A stretch of DNA of 64,000 bases from Candidatus Omnitrophota bacterium. GTDB lineage: Bacteria > Omnitrophota > Gorgyraeia > Gygaellales > UBA12090. Both the position numbers and the translations under genes were made by a program. How positions within the stretch are numbered: the stretch's first letter is position 1; each line of letters begins with the position of its first letter. Where the stretch lies: positions 669-64,668 of the forward strand of contig JAUSCZ010000007.1 in NCBI GenBank assembly GCA_030674475.1, written 5' to 3'. The notes under the pieces were generated by a model, which was not told where the DNA came from, ran no database searches, and was given only the letters and a program-made list of their open reading frames with translations. Positions 1 through 8,450 of this stretch are shown here, piece after piece.

Positions 1-208
1 CGAAAATCAAATCAGGATTATAGCCGAGATGGAAAAAAATCCGTATGTTACGGCCGTTGAGCTTAAGGAGATAATCGGGATCTCAAGAAAAGGCATACTG
101 GAAAATATAGCAAAACTTAAGGCAAAAAAAATGATAGATAGAAAAGGGCCCAATAAAGGCGGGCATTGGCTTGTTCTGAAATTGCCAGGAGAGGCAAATG
201 AGCGATAA
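1..208 (+). CDS. 3' end of winged-HTH protein (AlbA_2/RecG-C-like transcriptional regulator), partial
   Basis: Frame from nt 2 reads ENQIRIIAEMEKNPYVTAVELKEIIGISRKGILENIAKLKAKKMIDRKGPNKGGHW..., the typical C-terminal wHTH ending in 'R.GP.KGG.W'; stop TAA at 206-208. Confidence 0.75.
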   Translation, partial: ENQIRIIAEMEKNPYVTAVELKEIIGISRKGILENIAKLKAKKMIDRKGPNKGGHWLVLKLPGEANER

Positions 209-1709
209 GCCGGGGCGAAATTATCCGTGTCCTTGCGGCAGCGGAAAGAAGTTAAAAAAATGCTGCGGCTTAAATCTTGGACCGGCAGATGAAGACCTTT
301 TTGCGCCCATGCCGGATAATTTAAAAACGGGCACGAAGATTGACTTCTATTTTGATATCTTTCGGAGCGTGATGCTTTACGCCGAGATGTTGAAAACAAA
401 CCCGAAATTTGGCGGTGAACTGCGGAGACTATGCCACGACTTTGAAGAAAAGTTTAAGCCCGGAGGAGAGCACGGCCTGACGGATAGTTTCTATTTAAAC
501 TGGTTTGTTTTTGATAACCGTTTTGGCGTTGACCAGCGCACAATTATCGAACGGATGATGGAAAAGAAGGATTTTCATGCGATGCAGGATGCTGTTAAGT
601 TAGCGGCCCGCGAGCTTTCGGATAGTTATGCGACCTGTTATCAGGTTAAGGAGATACGAAAAGAGGATATTCTTTTTGAGGAGCTGGTGACCGGCCTCCG
701 GTGGATAGTGCATCGTATAGGCGATACATGCGAAGAGGAAGCAAGACCGCAAGATATATGGCATGCGCGCTTTGTCGGTCCTCAAGAAGACGCGTATTAT
801 TTCGGCCAGCCGTTTGTCTTTGGGCCGGAGGCGAAGGGTGATTTCATAAAAATTACGGACATGTTAATCAAGAATTTTAAAGAATACGCGAGTACGCGGT
901 CGCTCAAATTTGTTATCCCGCGGGACGCGTTTAAAGCCGGTATTAGCTTCTGGGCGGAATATCTTCACAGAAGCTTTCCGGGTGCGGTTGCCGAATCGGA
1001 TGTTGAACCAATAAGCGGGGCCACGGTGCCTTTCTTGAGTACAACAGACGGGGAAAAGATGCGTTTTTCTTTGGTAACCTTTAAAATTATTACCGAAGCC
1101 GGTCTTTGCGACAAATTGTCCGGGATGCGCGGCCTTGAGTGCGACGCGCGGAGAAGTTGCTGGGTCTGGCTCAAGAAGGGCAACCGTAGAATAAAGTCGT
1201 GGGATAATACGATCTTGGGCCAGATTTTCATTCGCGGTAACGAACTGGTCGGAGAGGTTAATTCGTTAGAGCGCGCGTTACGCCTCAAGAATAAGCTTTC
1301 TATCGGCCTTGGGAAAATGGTTGTTTTTGACCGTATAGATAGCAAAGACTTTGCGGCTATGCCGCAACCATCACAAGAGGAGCTTCGTAAGTTTGAGGAA
1401 GATCAGCGCCGGATTCATTCTGATCCGGAGGTCAGGAAAGTTTTGCTTCAAAGACAAGAGGAGTATTATTTGAAGGATTGGATTTCTTCCAGAATCCCGG
1501 CGCTTAACAACAAAACACCACTGCAGGCGGTCAAGTCAAAAGAGGGACGGCTTCAGCTTGAAGTTTTGATTAACCGGATGGAAGGAATGGACAGCGCCCA
1601 GCCGGATTATCTTCCCAAGATGGACATGAATTTTCTTAGACAAAAGCTTGGCCTGCCGCTGGCGGTTCGAGAGGTTAAAGGGCCTATGCCACGCCAAGCG
1701 GGAAAGTGA
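198..1709 (+). CDS. SEC-C motif protein with C-terminal Xre/MbcA/ParS-like (DUF2384) domain
   Basis: N-terminal GRNYPCPCGSGKKLKKCC (SEC-C); C-terminal WISSRIPALNNKTPLQAV. Confidence 0.7.
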   Translation: MSDKPGRNYPCPCGSGKKLKKCCGLNLGPADEDLFAPMPDNLKTGTKIDFYFDIFRSVMLYAEMLKTNPKFGGELRRLCHDFEEKFKPGGEHGLTDSFYLNWFVFDNRFGVDQRTIIERMMEKKDFHAMQDAVKLAARELSDSYATCYQVKEIRKEDILFEELVTGLRWIVHRIGDTCEEEARPQDIWHARFVGPQEDAYYFGQPFVFGPEAKGDFIKITDMLIKNFKEYASTRSLKFVIPRDAFKAGISFWAEYLHRSFPGAVAESDVEPISGATVPFLSTTDGEKMRFSLVTFKIITEAGLCDKLSGMRGLECDARRSCWVWLKKGNRRIKSWDNTILGQIFIRGNELVGEVNSLERALRLKNKLSIGLGKMVVFDRIDSKDFAAMPQPSQEELRKFEEDQRRIHSDPEVRKVLLQRQEEYYLKDWISSRIPALNNKTPLQAVKSKEGRLQLEVLINRMEGMDSAQPDYLPKMDMNFLRQKLGLPLAVREVKGPMPRQAGK

Positions 1710-1899
1710 AGGTCGAGATATTTTTACATAATGAAAATATTTGGCTTACATAGGCAAAAATCGCCGAGCTTTTTGGTGTGGAGAGAAGTGCAGTTACGAA
1801 ACATCTCCAAAATATTTTCCAGGAAGGTGAGTTAGACAAAAATTCAACTTGTGTAAAAATTGCACAAGTTCAAACAGAAGGATCAAAGAAAGGAAAAAC
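1691..1899 (+). pseudogene. RhuM-family virulence/DNA-binding protein fragment
   Basis: TPSGKVKVEIFLHNENIWLT*AKIAELFGVERSAVTKHLQNIFQEGELD...; in-frame TAG, cut off by the element starting at 1900. Confidence 0.75.
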
Positions 1900-2213
1900 G
1901 GGGTCAGCCATCGAAATTGGAAATAGTTTGATATGCAGTTGCAAAAGCATGGAATACTGCCATGGTAAGACCATATAGGCTTCAATCAGAAGACCGTTTT
2001 TATTGTAGCCAGTAGGCAAAATGGCAGAATTACCTGAAGAATATAATTGGTCCAGCTATAAGAGATATATTGAACATAGAGCTGCATTGATAAAGATCAG
2101 GTCGATAAGGTTTTGGGTATTAAAGCTATAGAATATTGCGCGTCAGCTTGTGATGGATGAGATGGTAGAGAAAGAGGTCAATGCTCTTATTTCTAAATTC
2201 GAGGGCTGACCCC
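1900..2213 (+). mobile_element. Internally deleted REP-associated tyrosine transposase (RAYT)-type element with inverted ends
   Basis: ~27-bp inverted ends GGGGTCAGCCATCGAAATTGGAAATAG (1900-1926) and TTATTTCTAAATTCGAGGGCTGACCCC (2187-2213); interior relics MVRPYRLQSEDRFY (ATG 1962) and KMAELPEEYNWSSYKRYI. Confidence 0.65.
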
Positions 2214-2298
2214 TAACTCCCATCATCAATCCTGAGCTTGTCGAAAAGGATTGATTATTGGCAGGAATCGCATATAATTGAAGTAATCGTTTGATTTA

Positions 2299-2355
2299 CC
2301 CCGCTTAGAGACTATAGAGCAATCAGCAAGCAATAAGATGTCTCTATCGGGGTTT
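2299..2355. repeat. REP-like palindrome ACCCCGCTTAGAGAC...GTCTCTATCGGGGT
   Basis: Imperfect inverted repeat upstream of pyk. Confidence 0.5.
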
Positions 2356-2386
2356 ACCCCACAGGGATACCCCAACAAGCGCTTAG

Positions 2387-3451
2387 ATGTCTAAGATACC
2401 AATAACCAAGATAATTGCTACTTTAGGGCCGGCGAGTTCTTCCGAGACGGTCATCCGCAAGATGATTCTCGCGGGTATGGATGTGGCCAGGCTTAATTTT
2501 TCGCACGGAGATATTGGCGCGCATCAAAGGCGTCTGGATATAGTCAGAAAGATTAACCTTAAATACCGCCGGGGAATCAAAATACTTCAGGATTTGGAAG
2601 GCAACCGAATCAGGGTCGGAAAACTAAAAGACGGAAAACCGATTGAACTGAAAAAACATCAGAAAATCTGGTTAGTCAAGGAAGAGATAATCGGCAGTTC
2701 CAAAGAGCTGTGTATAGATTACGACGGTTCATTTATGGATATCAAGAGCGGCTCAAGTATTTTTATAGATGATGGAAACATTAAGCTTGAGGCTAGAAAA
2801 TCCTTTAGGAATAAAATACTCGCGGAAGTGGCGGCCGGGGGATTTTTAAAAGAACATAAAGGAGTAAACATTCCGGAGGCGAATTTAAAGTTTCCCCGGA
2901 TAACCGAAAAGGACAGGCAGGATATAGAGTTTGGCATAGAAAATAAGGTGGATTATGTGGCTTTGTCTTTTGTGCGGGATAAATACGACTGCCGGGCCTT
3001 TAGGAATATTCTTAAGGATAGGCATCCGGATTGTCTCTTGGTTTCCAAAATCGAATCCCGCCCGGCCATAAGGAACATTGATAGCATTATAGAAGAGTGC
3101 GATTGTATCTTGATTGCCCGCGGCGATATGGGGATTTCGGTGCCTATCTGGGAAATACCTATGATCCAAAAGATGATAATCAGGAAGTGCAATCAAAGAA
3201 AAAAACCGGTGATTACCGCCACCCAGATGCTTGAGCATATGGTGGAGTTTCCCCAGCCGACCCGGGCTGAGGTTACCGATGTGGCTAATGCCATATTAGA
3301 CGGCACCGACTTGGTGATGCTTTCAGCCGAAAGCGCGGCGGGAAATTATCCGGTTGAGTCGGTATGGATGATGAATCGGATTATCAGGCATACCGAGAAG
3401 TTTTTGACTCTCAAGAAAATTTATGACCGCACTCTCGGAGAGAATTATTGA
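2387..3451 (+). CDS. pyk: Pyruvate kinase, short form lacking the C-terminal domain
   Basis: TKIIATLGPAS, ARLNFSHG, KIES, IARGDMG, ATQMLE, PTRAEVTDVANA motifs; only 354 aa. Confidence 0.92.
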   Translation: MSKIPITKIIATLGPASSSETVIRKMILAGMDVARLNFSHGDIGAHQRRLDIVRKINLKYRRGIKILQDLEGNRIRVGKLKDGKPIELKKHQKIWLVKEEIIGSSKELCIDYDGSFMDIKSGSSIFIDDGNIKLEARKSFRNKILAEVAAGGFLKEHKGVNIPEANLKFPRITEKDRQDIEFGIENKVDYVALSFVRDKYDCRAFRNILKDRHPDCLLVSKIESRPAIRNIDSIIEECDCILIARGDMGISVPIWEIPMIQKMIIRKCNQRKKPVITATQMLEHMVEFPQPTRAEVTDVANAILDGTDLVMLSAESAAGNYPVESVWMMNRIIRHTEKFLTLKKIYDRTLGENY

Positions 3452-4178
3452 ATCCCGCCAGGGGTATTTTTTATTTGATAGCTTTAAAAAATATGGCTGT
3501 ATAGCGGGTTTTAGCCGGGGCAGGCTGAATTTAGGCTTTCAGAATAATCCTGACCTGAAGAAAAACCGGGAAAGTTTTTTAAGAGAGGTGGGCATAAAGC
3601 CGGATGAGCTTATTTGTCTTAAGCAGGTTCACGGTAATAAGATATTCCTGGCTAAAAAAGAGGATAAGGGCAAAGGGGCGTTTGATTATACTACGGCAAT
3701 CGCCGATTGCGACGGGATAATTACCCGGGAAAAGGAATTACCTTTGGCGGTGTTCAGCGCCGATTGCCTCTCGGTTTTTATGCTGGATGTCCGCAGTAAT
3801 GTCGGCGCGGTTATTCATGCCGGATGGCGGGGCAGTAGGGAAAGAATTGCCTTATCCGTCGTGAATATCTTAAAAGAAAAGTTTCTCAGTAATCCTGAAG
3901 ATATAATCTGCGGTTTTGGCCCTTGTATACGAAACTGTTGTTATGGGGTAGGTGAGGATTTCCAGGATTATTTTCCTGATTGCATAGAGGAAAGACAGGG
4001 AAAACTCTTTCTTGACCTGATTAAGATAAACTCTCAGCAGCTTTTAAGCGCGGGGGTTTTAGGAAAAAATATCAGCGATAGTCAAATCTGCACCTCTTGT
4101 CGTAATGATGAATTTTTCTCATATCGTAAAGAAGGTCAAAGCGCTGGGAGAATGATGTCGGTGATTATGGTAAAATGA
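3423..4178 (+). CDS. pgeF: Peptidoglycan editing factor / YfiH-family (laccase-domain) protein
   Basis: QVHG, ADCL, HAGWRG, GPCI..CCY, CTSC..FFSYR motifs. Confidence 0.9.
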   Translation: MTALSERIIESRQGYFLFDSFKKYGCIAGFSRGRLNLGFQNNPDLKKNRESFLREVGIKPDELICLKQVHGNKIFLAKKEDKGKGAFDYTTAIADCDGIITREKELPLAVFSADCLSVFMLDVRSNVGAVIHAGWRGSRERIALSVVNILKEKFLSNPEDIICGFGPCIRNCCYGVGEDFQDYFPDCIEERQGKLFLDLIKINSQQLLSAGVLGKNISDSQICTSCRNDEFFSYRKEGQSAGRMMSVIMVK

Positions 4179-4179
4179 A

Positions 4180-4207
4180 GTAGGGGCGGTTCGCGAACCG
4201 CCCCTAC
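4180..4207. repeat. GTAG-type REP palindrome
   Basis: Perfect 28-bp palindrome GTAGGGGCGGTTCGCGAACCGCCCCTAC. Confidence 0.85.
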
Positions 4208-4234
4208 AGCGATGTCTAAAACAAGGGGGTTAAT

Positions 4235-4711
4235 ATGGCGAAAATACTGCTTACTTATTATTCTTTAAGCGGGCATACCAAGAAGATGGCGGAATTGATT
4301 TTAGAGGGGATGAAGAAGGAAGAAGTAGATGTGTCTTTTAAAAGTATTGATGAGCTTAAGGTTGATGAGCTGTTGGATTATCAGGGGATTGTGATCGGCT
4401 CGCCGGTTTACTATGGCTCAATGGCCGCGCCTATCAAGAAGCTATTTGACGACTCGGTAAAATTCCACACCAAGCTGGACGGCCGCATAGGCGGAGCCTT
4501 TGCCTCCAGCGCTAATATCGGCGGCGGAAACGAAACCACCATCTTAGATATCTTGAACGCCATGCTTATTCATGGTATGATTATTCAAGGTGATCCTAAG
4601 GGCGACCATTATGGCCCGGTATCTATAGGCGCGCCTGATGAGCGTTCCCAGAAACAGTGCCTAAGATACGGGGAACGTTTTGCCAAATTGGTTAAGAAGT
4701 TATTTGTTTAG
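4235..4711 (+). CDS. Flavodoxin / WrbA-like NAD(P)H-dependent oxidoreductase
   Basis: YYSLSGHTKKMA, GSPVYYG, GGGNETT. Confidence 0.85.
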   Translation: MAKILLTYYSLSGHTKKMAELILEGMKKEEVDVSFKSIDELKVDELLDYQGIVIGSPVYYGSMAAPIKKLFDDSVKFHTKLDGRIGGAFASSANIGGGNETTILDILNAMLIHGMIIQGDPKGDHYGPVSIGAPDERSQKQCLRYGERFAKLVKKLFV

Positions 4712-4751
4712 TTGCCGCTCTAAAAAAGTGGCAATGATTAAAGGGGGTAGT

Positions 4752-4985
4752 ATGTCACAAGTTACTGTGTATTCCACACCCAGCTGTTCTTATTGTATCC
4801 GGCTGAAAAGCTATTTGCGGCAAAAGGAGATTACTTTTACCACTATAGATGTCTCCCTTGACGCTCAAGGCTTGGAAAAGATGATTAGCCTCTCCGGGCA
4901 GATGGGGGTTCCGGTAATAGATATTGACGGAGAGGTTGTAGTGGGCTTTGATAAGGAAAAGATTGACAAATTATTAGGGCAATGA
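4752..4985 (+). CDS. Glutaredoxin-like protein (NrdH/YruB type)
   Basis: VYSTPSCSYC and GQMGVPVI; start reassigned to ATG 4752 after the GGGGG SD. Confidence 0.88.
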   Translation: MSQVTVYSTPSCSYCIRLKSYLRQKEITFTTIDVSLDAQGLEKMISLSGQMGVPVIDIDGEVVVGFDKEKIDKLLGQ

Positions 4986-5305
4986 GAGGGAAAGCGTATA
5001 TCGTTGTTTTTATAACCGCCAGTTCAAAAGAAGAAGCCCGAAAAATAGCCCGGGGGCTGCTGGAGGAAAAGCTGGCTGCCTGCGTAAATATTCTTCCCGG
5101 CCTTGAATCGCATTTTTGGTGGCAGGGTAAGATTGATAGCGCCAAGGAAGCGCTCTTGGTGATTAAGACTAAGAAAGAACTTTTTAATAAATTGGCCAAG
5201 AAGGTTAAGTCTCTGCATAGTTATAGCGTGCCGGAAATAATTGCCCTACCGATTGTTGCAGGGAATACAGAATATTTAAACTGGATAAATGATTCTACAA
5301 GGTAG
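4982..5305 (+). CDS. cutA: Divalent-cation tolerance protein CutA
   Basis: LAACVN, S.FWWQGKI, HSYSVPEII. Confidence 0.93.
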   Translation: MRGKAYIVVFITASSKEEARKIARGLLEEKLAACVNILPGLESHFWWQGKIDSAKEALLVIKTKKELFNKLAKKVKSLHSYSVPEIIALPIVAGNTEYLNWINDSTR

Positions 5306-5960
5306 CCCCATAGATTATCTAAGCGCGTTTTTAGGTGGAGTTTTAGTAAGTTTCTCGCCTTGCGTGTATCCTTTGGTTCCGATAACCTTAGGTTTTATCG
5401 GAGTAAAAGGCTCGGCCGGCCGCTTGCGGGGGTTTTATTTAAGCCTGGTCTATGTGTTAGGCCTGGCGGTTACTTATTCGGCGTTAGGATTAATTGCCGC
5501 CCTCAGCGGAAAACTTTTCGGTGAGATTTCTAGCCATCCCTTATCTTTTTTGATTGTAGGCAATGTCTGTATTCTGGCCGGGTTGTCTTTTTTTGAGGTA
5601 ATTAATATCCCTTTTATGGGTGTGCGCCTGCAGAATAAGATAGAGCGAAAAGGCGGATACTTATCGGTTTTTCTTTTGGGTTTGGCCTCAGGGTTAATAG
5701 CCGGCCCTTGCACCGCCCCGGCCTTGGGGGCGATATTAGTGTATGTGGCCAGCCGTCAGAATGTGGTATACGGAGCGAGCCTATTATTCAGTTTCGCCTA
5801 CGGAATGGGCTTTTTATTAATTTTAACCGGAACTTTTGGGGCGTTTTTTCTGCGTCTGCCGAAATCCGAGGCCTGGTTCGCGGGGATTAAAAAAGCCAGC
5901 GGTTTTATTTTAATAGCCGCGGGTGAATATTTCCTTATTCAGGCAGGGAGATTAATGTGA
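5289..5960 (+). CDS. ccdA: CcdA/DsbD-type thiol:disulfide transmembrane electron transporter
   Basis: SFSPCVYP and GPCTAP motifs, multiple TM helices. Confidence 0.85.
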   Translation: MILQGSPIDYLSAFLGGVLVSFSPCVYPLVPITLGFIGVKGSAGRLRGFYLSLVYVLGLAVTYSALGLIAALSGKLFGEISSHPLSFLIVGNVCILAGLSFFEVINIPFMGVRLQNKIERKGGYLSVFLLGLASGLIAGPCTAPALGAILVYVASRQNVVYGASLLFSFAYGMGFLLILTGTFGAFFLRLPKSEAWFAGIKKASGFILIAAGEYFLIQAGRLM

Positions 5961-6478
5961 AAAAAGATTTAATCAAAATATGCCGTCAGATGTTTACGGT
6001 ATCGCTATTCTTGGTAATGTCATTTTCAGGAATCGGATTCCTGAGCGCGTCAGCGCGCTTACCCCAGGAACTATCTGTAGGCGAGATAGCTCCTGAATTT
6101 CAACTTTCCAGCCTTAGCGGTAATAATGTATCGCTTTCTGATTTTAAGGGAAAGCCGGTGATATTGTTTATTTGGGCCACTTGGTGTCCTTATTGCGTGC
6201 GGGAATTAGCCTATTTAGAGAAATACTACGTTGATATTAAAAAAAGCGGTGTTGAACTTTTGGCCATTGATAGCGGTGAGCCCAGAGAGCGAGTAGCCAG
6301 GTATTTAAATAACAGAAAAATAGAATTTCCTGTGTTATTGGATACCGATTCCAAGGTTTCCTACGCCTATAATGTGATTGGAATTCCTACTTTAGTTTTG
6401 GTAGATGCCCAGGGTAAGATTAAATTTCAAGGAAATAACCTGCCCGAAGATTACCTAAAGATTTTATCTCAGAAATAA
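5957..6478 (+). CDS. TlpA/ResA-family thioredoxin-like protein
   Basis: N-terminal membrane anchor, WATWCPYC, GIPT. Confidence 0.88.
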   Translation: MKKDLIKICRQMFTVSLFLVMSFSGIGFLSASARLPQELSVGEIAPEFQLSSLSGNNVSLSDFKGKPVILFIWATWCPYCVRELAYLEKYYVDIKKSGVELLAIDSGEPRERVARYLNNRKIEFPVLLDTDSKVSYAYNVIGIPTLVLVDAQGKIKFQGNNLPEDYLKILSQK

Positions 6479-7839
6479 TGCGCAGCGATAACAAAAGCCT
6501 TCTGCTTGATTTATACGAGCTGACCATGGCCGCGGGGTATTTTGAGCGCGAGAGAAATGTCCGGGCGGTCTTTGATCTTTTTGTCCGGCGTCTGCCTAAG
6601 AATCGCTCTTTCTTGATTGCCGCGGGCCTGGAAGAAGCGCTTAAATTCTTAAAGGATTTTTCTTTTGGCCAAGAGGATATAGATTTTCTGAAGAAGAAGG
6701 GAATCTTTAAGGATAGTTTCCTGGATTATTTAAAGGGATTAAGATTCAGCGGCGAGGTCTGGGCTATACCTGAGGGAACGGTATTTTTCCCGGGTGAGCC
6801 GGTAATAAGGGTCAGCGCCCCGATTTTAGAGGCCCAGATGGTAGAAAGCGCGCTATTGAACATAATTAATATCGCCTCGCTTATTTCTTCCAAGGCCGTC
6901 CGGGTGGTCTTGGCCGCGAAGGGGAAAGGGGTCTATGATTTCTCCCTGCGCCGCACCCAGGGGATGTCTGCCGCCCTGGCCGCGGCCCGCTCCAGTTATG
7001 TTGCCGGATGCCTGGGCACTTCCAATGTCCTGGCCGGGAAGCTCTATGGTGTGCCCACTGCCGGGACAATGGCTCATTCTTTTGTGATGTCTTTTCATTC
7101 GGAATTGGAAAGCTTCCGGGCCTATACCTCGCTTTTTCCGGATAATTCCATACTCTTGGTGGATACGTATGACTATCATAAGGGAATAGAAAATGCCATT
7201 ACCGCGGCCAGGGAATTAGAGGCGCAAGGGCATAAATTAAAGGGGGTGCGCTTAGACAGCGGGGATTTAGTCCGGATTTCCCAAATGGCCCGCCGCCTCC
7301 TGGATAAGGCCGGTTTAAATTATGTCCGGATATTTGCCAGCGGCAACCTGGATGAGTTTAAGATTGATAATTTGTTAAAAAACAGGGCTAAGATTGATAG
7401 TTTCGGGGTAGGCACTAATATGGGCACTTCTTGTGATGCCCCCTATCTGGATGTTATTTATAAGCTCAGCCGGATTGATAATTCTGATGGCTCTGTCCAG
7501 CCGGTAATGAAACTCAGCCAGGACAAGATTACTTACCCGGGAAAAAAGCAGGTATTCAGGATTCGCGCTAAAGACGGCCTCTATTTAAAAGATATTATCG
7601 GCCTGGAAGGCGAGAAGATAAAAGGTAAACCCCTGCTTGAAAAAGTGATGGAAAATGGTAAAATAACCATTCCCTACCCCTCATTGGACAAGATACGCGT
7701 CCTGGCTAAAGAGAATATCCGTTGTCTGGCTCCAAAATACAAGAAGCTAAAGGCTCAAGAGATTTATCCGGTTTCCTTAAGCCCGGGTTTAAAGCGGATG
7801 ATTGAAAAGCTAAAAAAAGATATAGCCTTAAGGAATTGA
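6478..7839 (+). CDS. pncB: Nicotinate phosphoribosyltransferase
   Basis: DLYELTM, DFSLRR, GTMAHS, LVDTYD, RLDSGD. Confidence 0.93.
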   Translation: MRSDNKSLLLDLYELTMAAGYFERERNVRAVFDLFVRRLPKNRSFLIAAGLEEALKFLKDFSFGQEDIDFLKKKGIFKDSFLDYLKGLRFSGEVWAIPEGTVFFPGEPVIRVSAPILEAQMVESALLNIINIASLISSKAVRVVLAAKGKGVYDFSLRRTQGMSAALAAARSSYVAGCLGTSNVLAGKLYGVPTAGTMAHSFVMSFHSELESFRAYTSLFPDNSILLVDTYDYHKGIENAITAARELEAQGHKLKGVRLDSGDLVRISQMARRLLDKAGLNYVRIFASGNLDEFKIDNLLKNRAKIDSFGVGTNMGTSCDAPYLDVIYKLSRIDNSDGSVQPVMKLSQDKITYPGKKQVFRIRAKDGLYLKDIIGLEGEKIKGKPLLEKVMENGKITIPYPSLDKIRVLAKENIRCLAPKYKKLKAQEIYPVSLSPGLKRMIEKLKKDIALRN

Positions 7840-8450
7840 TGAAAGAGATTGTCTTTATAGATATTGATACCCAGTATGACTTTATGTTCTCTAAGGGGAG
7901 GCTGTATATAAATGAGGCCGAGAAAATAATTCCTAATTTAAAACTACTGACCGAGGCCGCTTTTAAGAGAGACATCCTGATTATTTCCACGGCAGATACA
8001 CACCTAAAGAACGATCCGGAATTTAAGCAGTTTCCCGCTCATTGCGTTGAAAAAACTCACGGCCAGAAAAAGATTCCCCAGACCCTGCTGAAGAAACATA
8101 TTTTTATCCCCCGGAAGATATTAACCAGAAAAGAATTATTAGATACAACTAAAGGACACAAACAGATAATAATAGAAAAAAATACCTACGATGTATTCAC
8201 TAATTTTAATCTTTCGCGGCTATTGAAGCCTTTTAATGAGGCTTTTATTTATGGCGTGGCCGTGGATTACTGCGTTAAATACGCGGTGCTTGGGCTTTTA
8301 CAGAACGGGCTTAAGGTGAATTTGGTGATGGACGCGGTTTCGGCAGTTGAGCCAAAAGAAGGCAAAGCTCTTTTGGCTAAATTTAAAAATAATGGAGTAA
8401 AATTAGTTAAGACCAGAGAGGTTATAAATAGACTGAAAGCAGAAATATGA
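7836..8450 (+). CDS. pncA: Nicotinamidase (isochorismatase-family cysteine hydrolase)
   Basis: IDTQYDF, D.H, FPAHC, GVAVDYCV; adjacent to pncB. Confidence 0.82.
   Translation: MMKEIVFIDIDTQYDFMFSKGRLYINEAEKIIPNLKLLTEAAFKRDILIISTADTHLKNDPEFKQFPAHCVEKTHGQKKIPQTLLKKHIFIPRKILTRKELLDTTKGHKQIIIEKNTYDVFTNFNLSRLLKPFNEAFIYGVAVDYCVKYAVLGLLQNGLKVNLVMDAVSAVEPKEGKALLAKFKNNGVKLVKTREVINRLKAEI

Noticed and set aside
1751-1753. Stop-codon readthrough or recoding at the TAG in the rhuM fragment
   Set aside because: The gene is also truncated at both ends, and TAG terminates many intact genes in the window, so decay is the simpler explanation.
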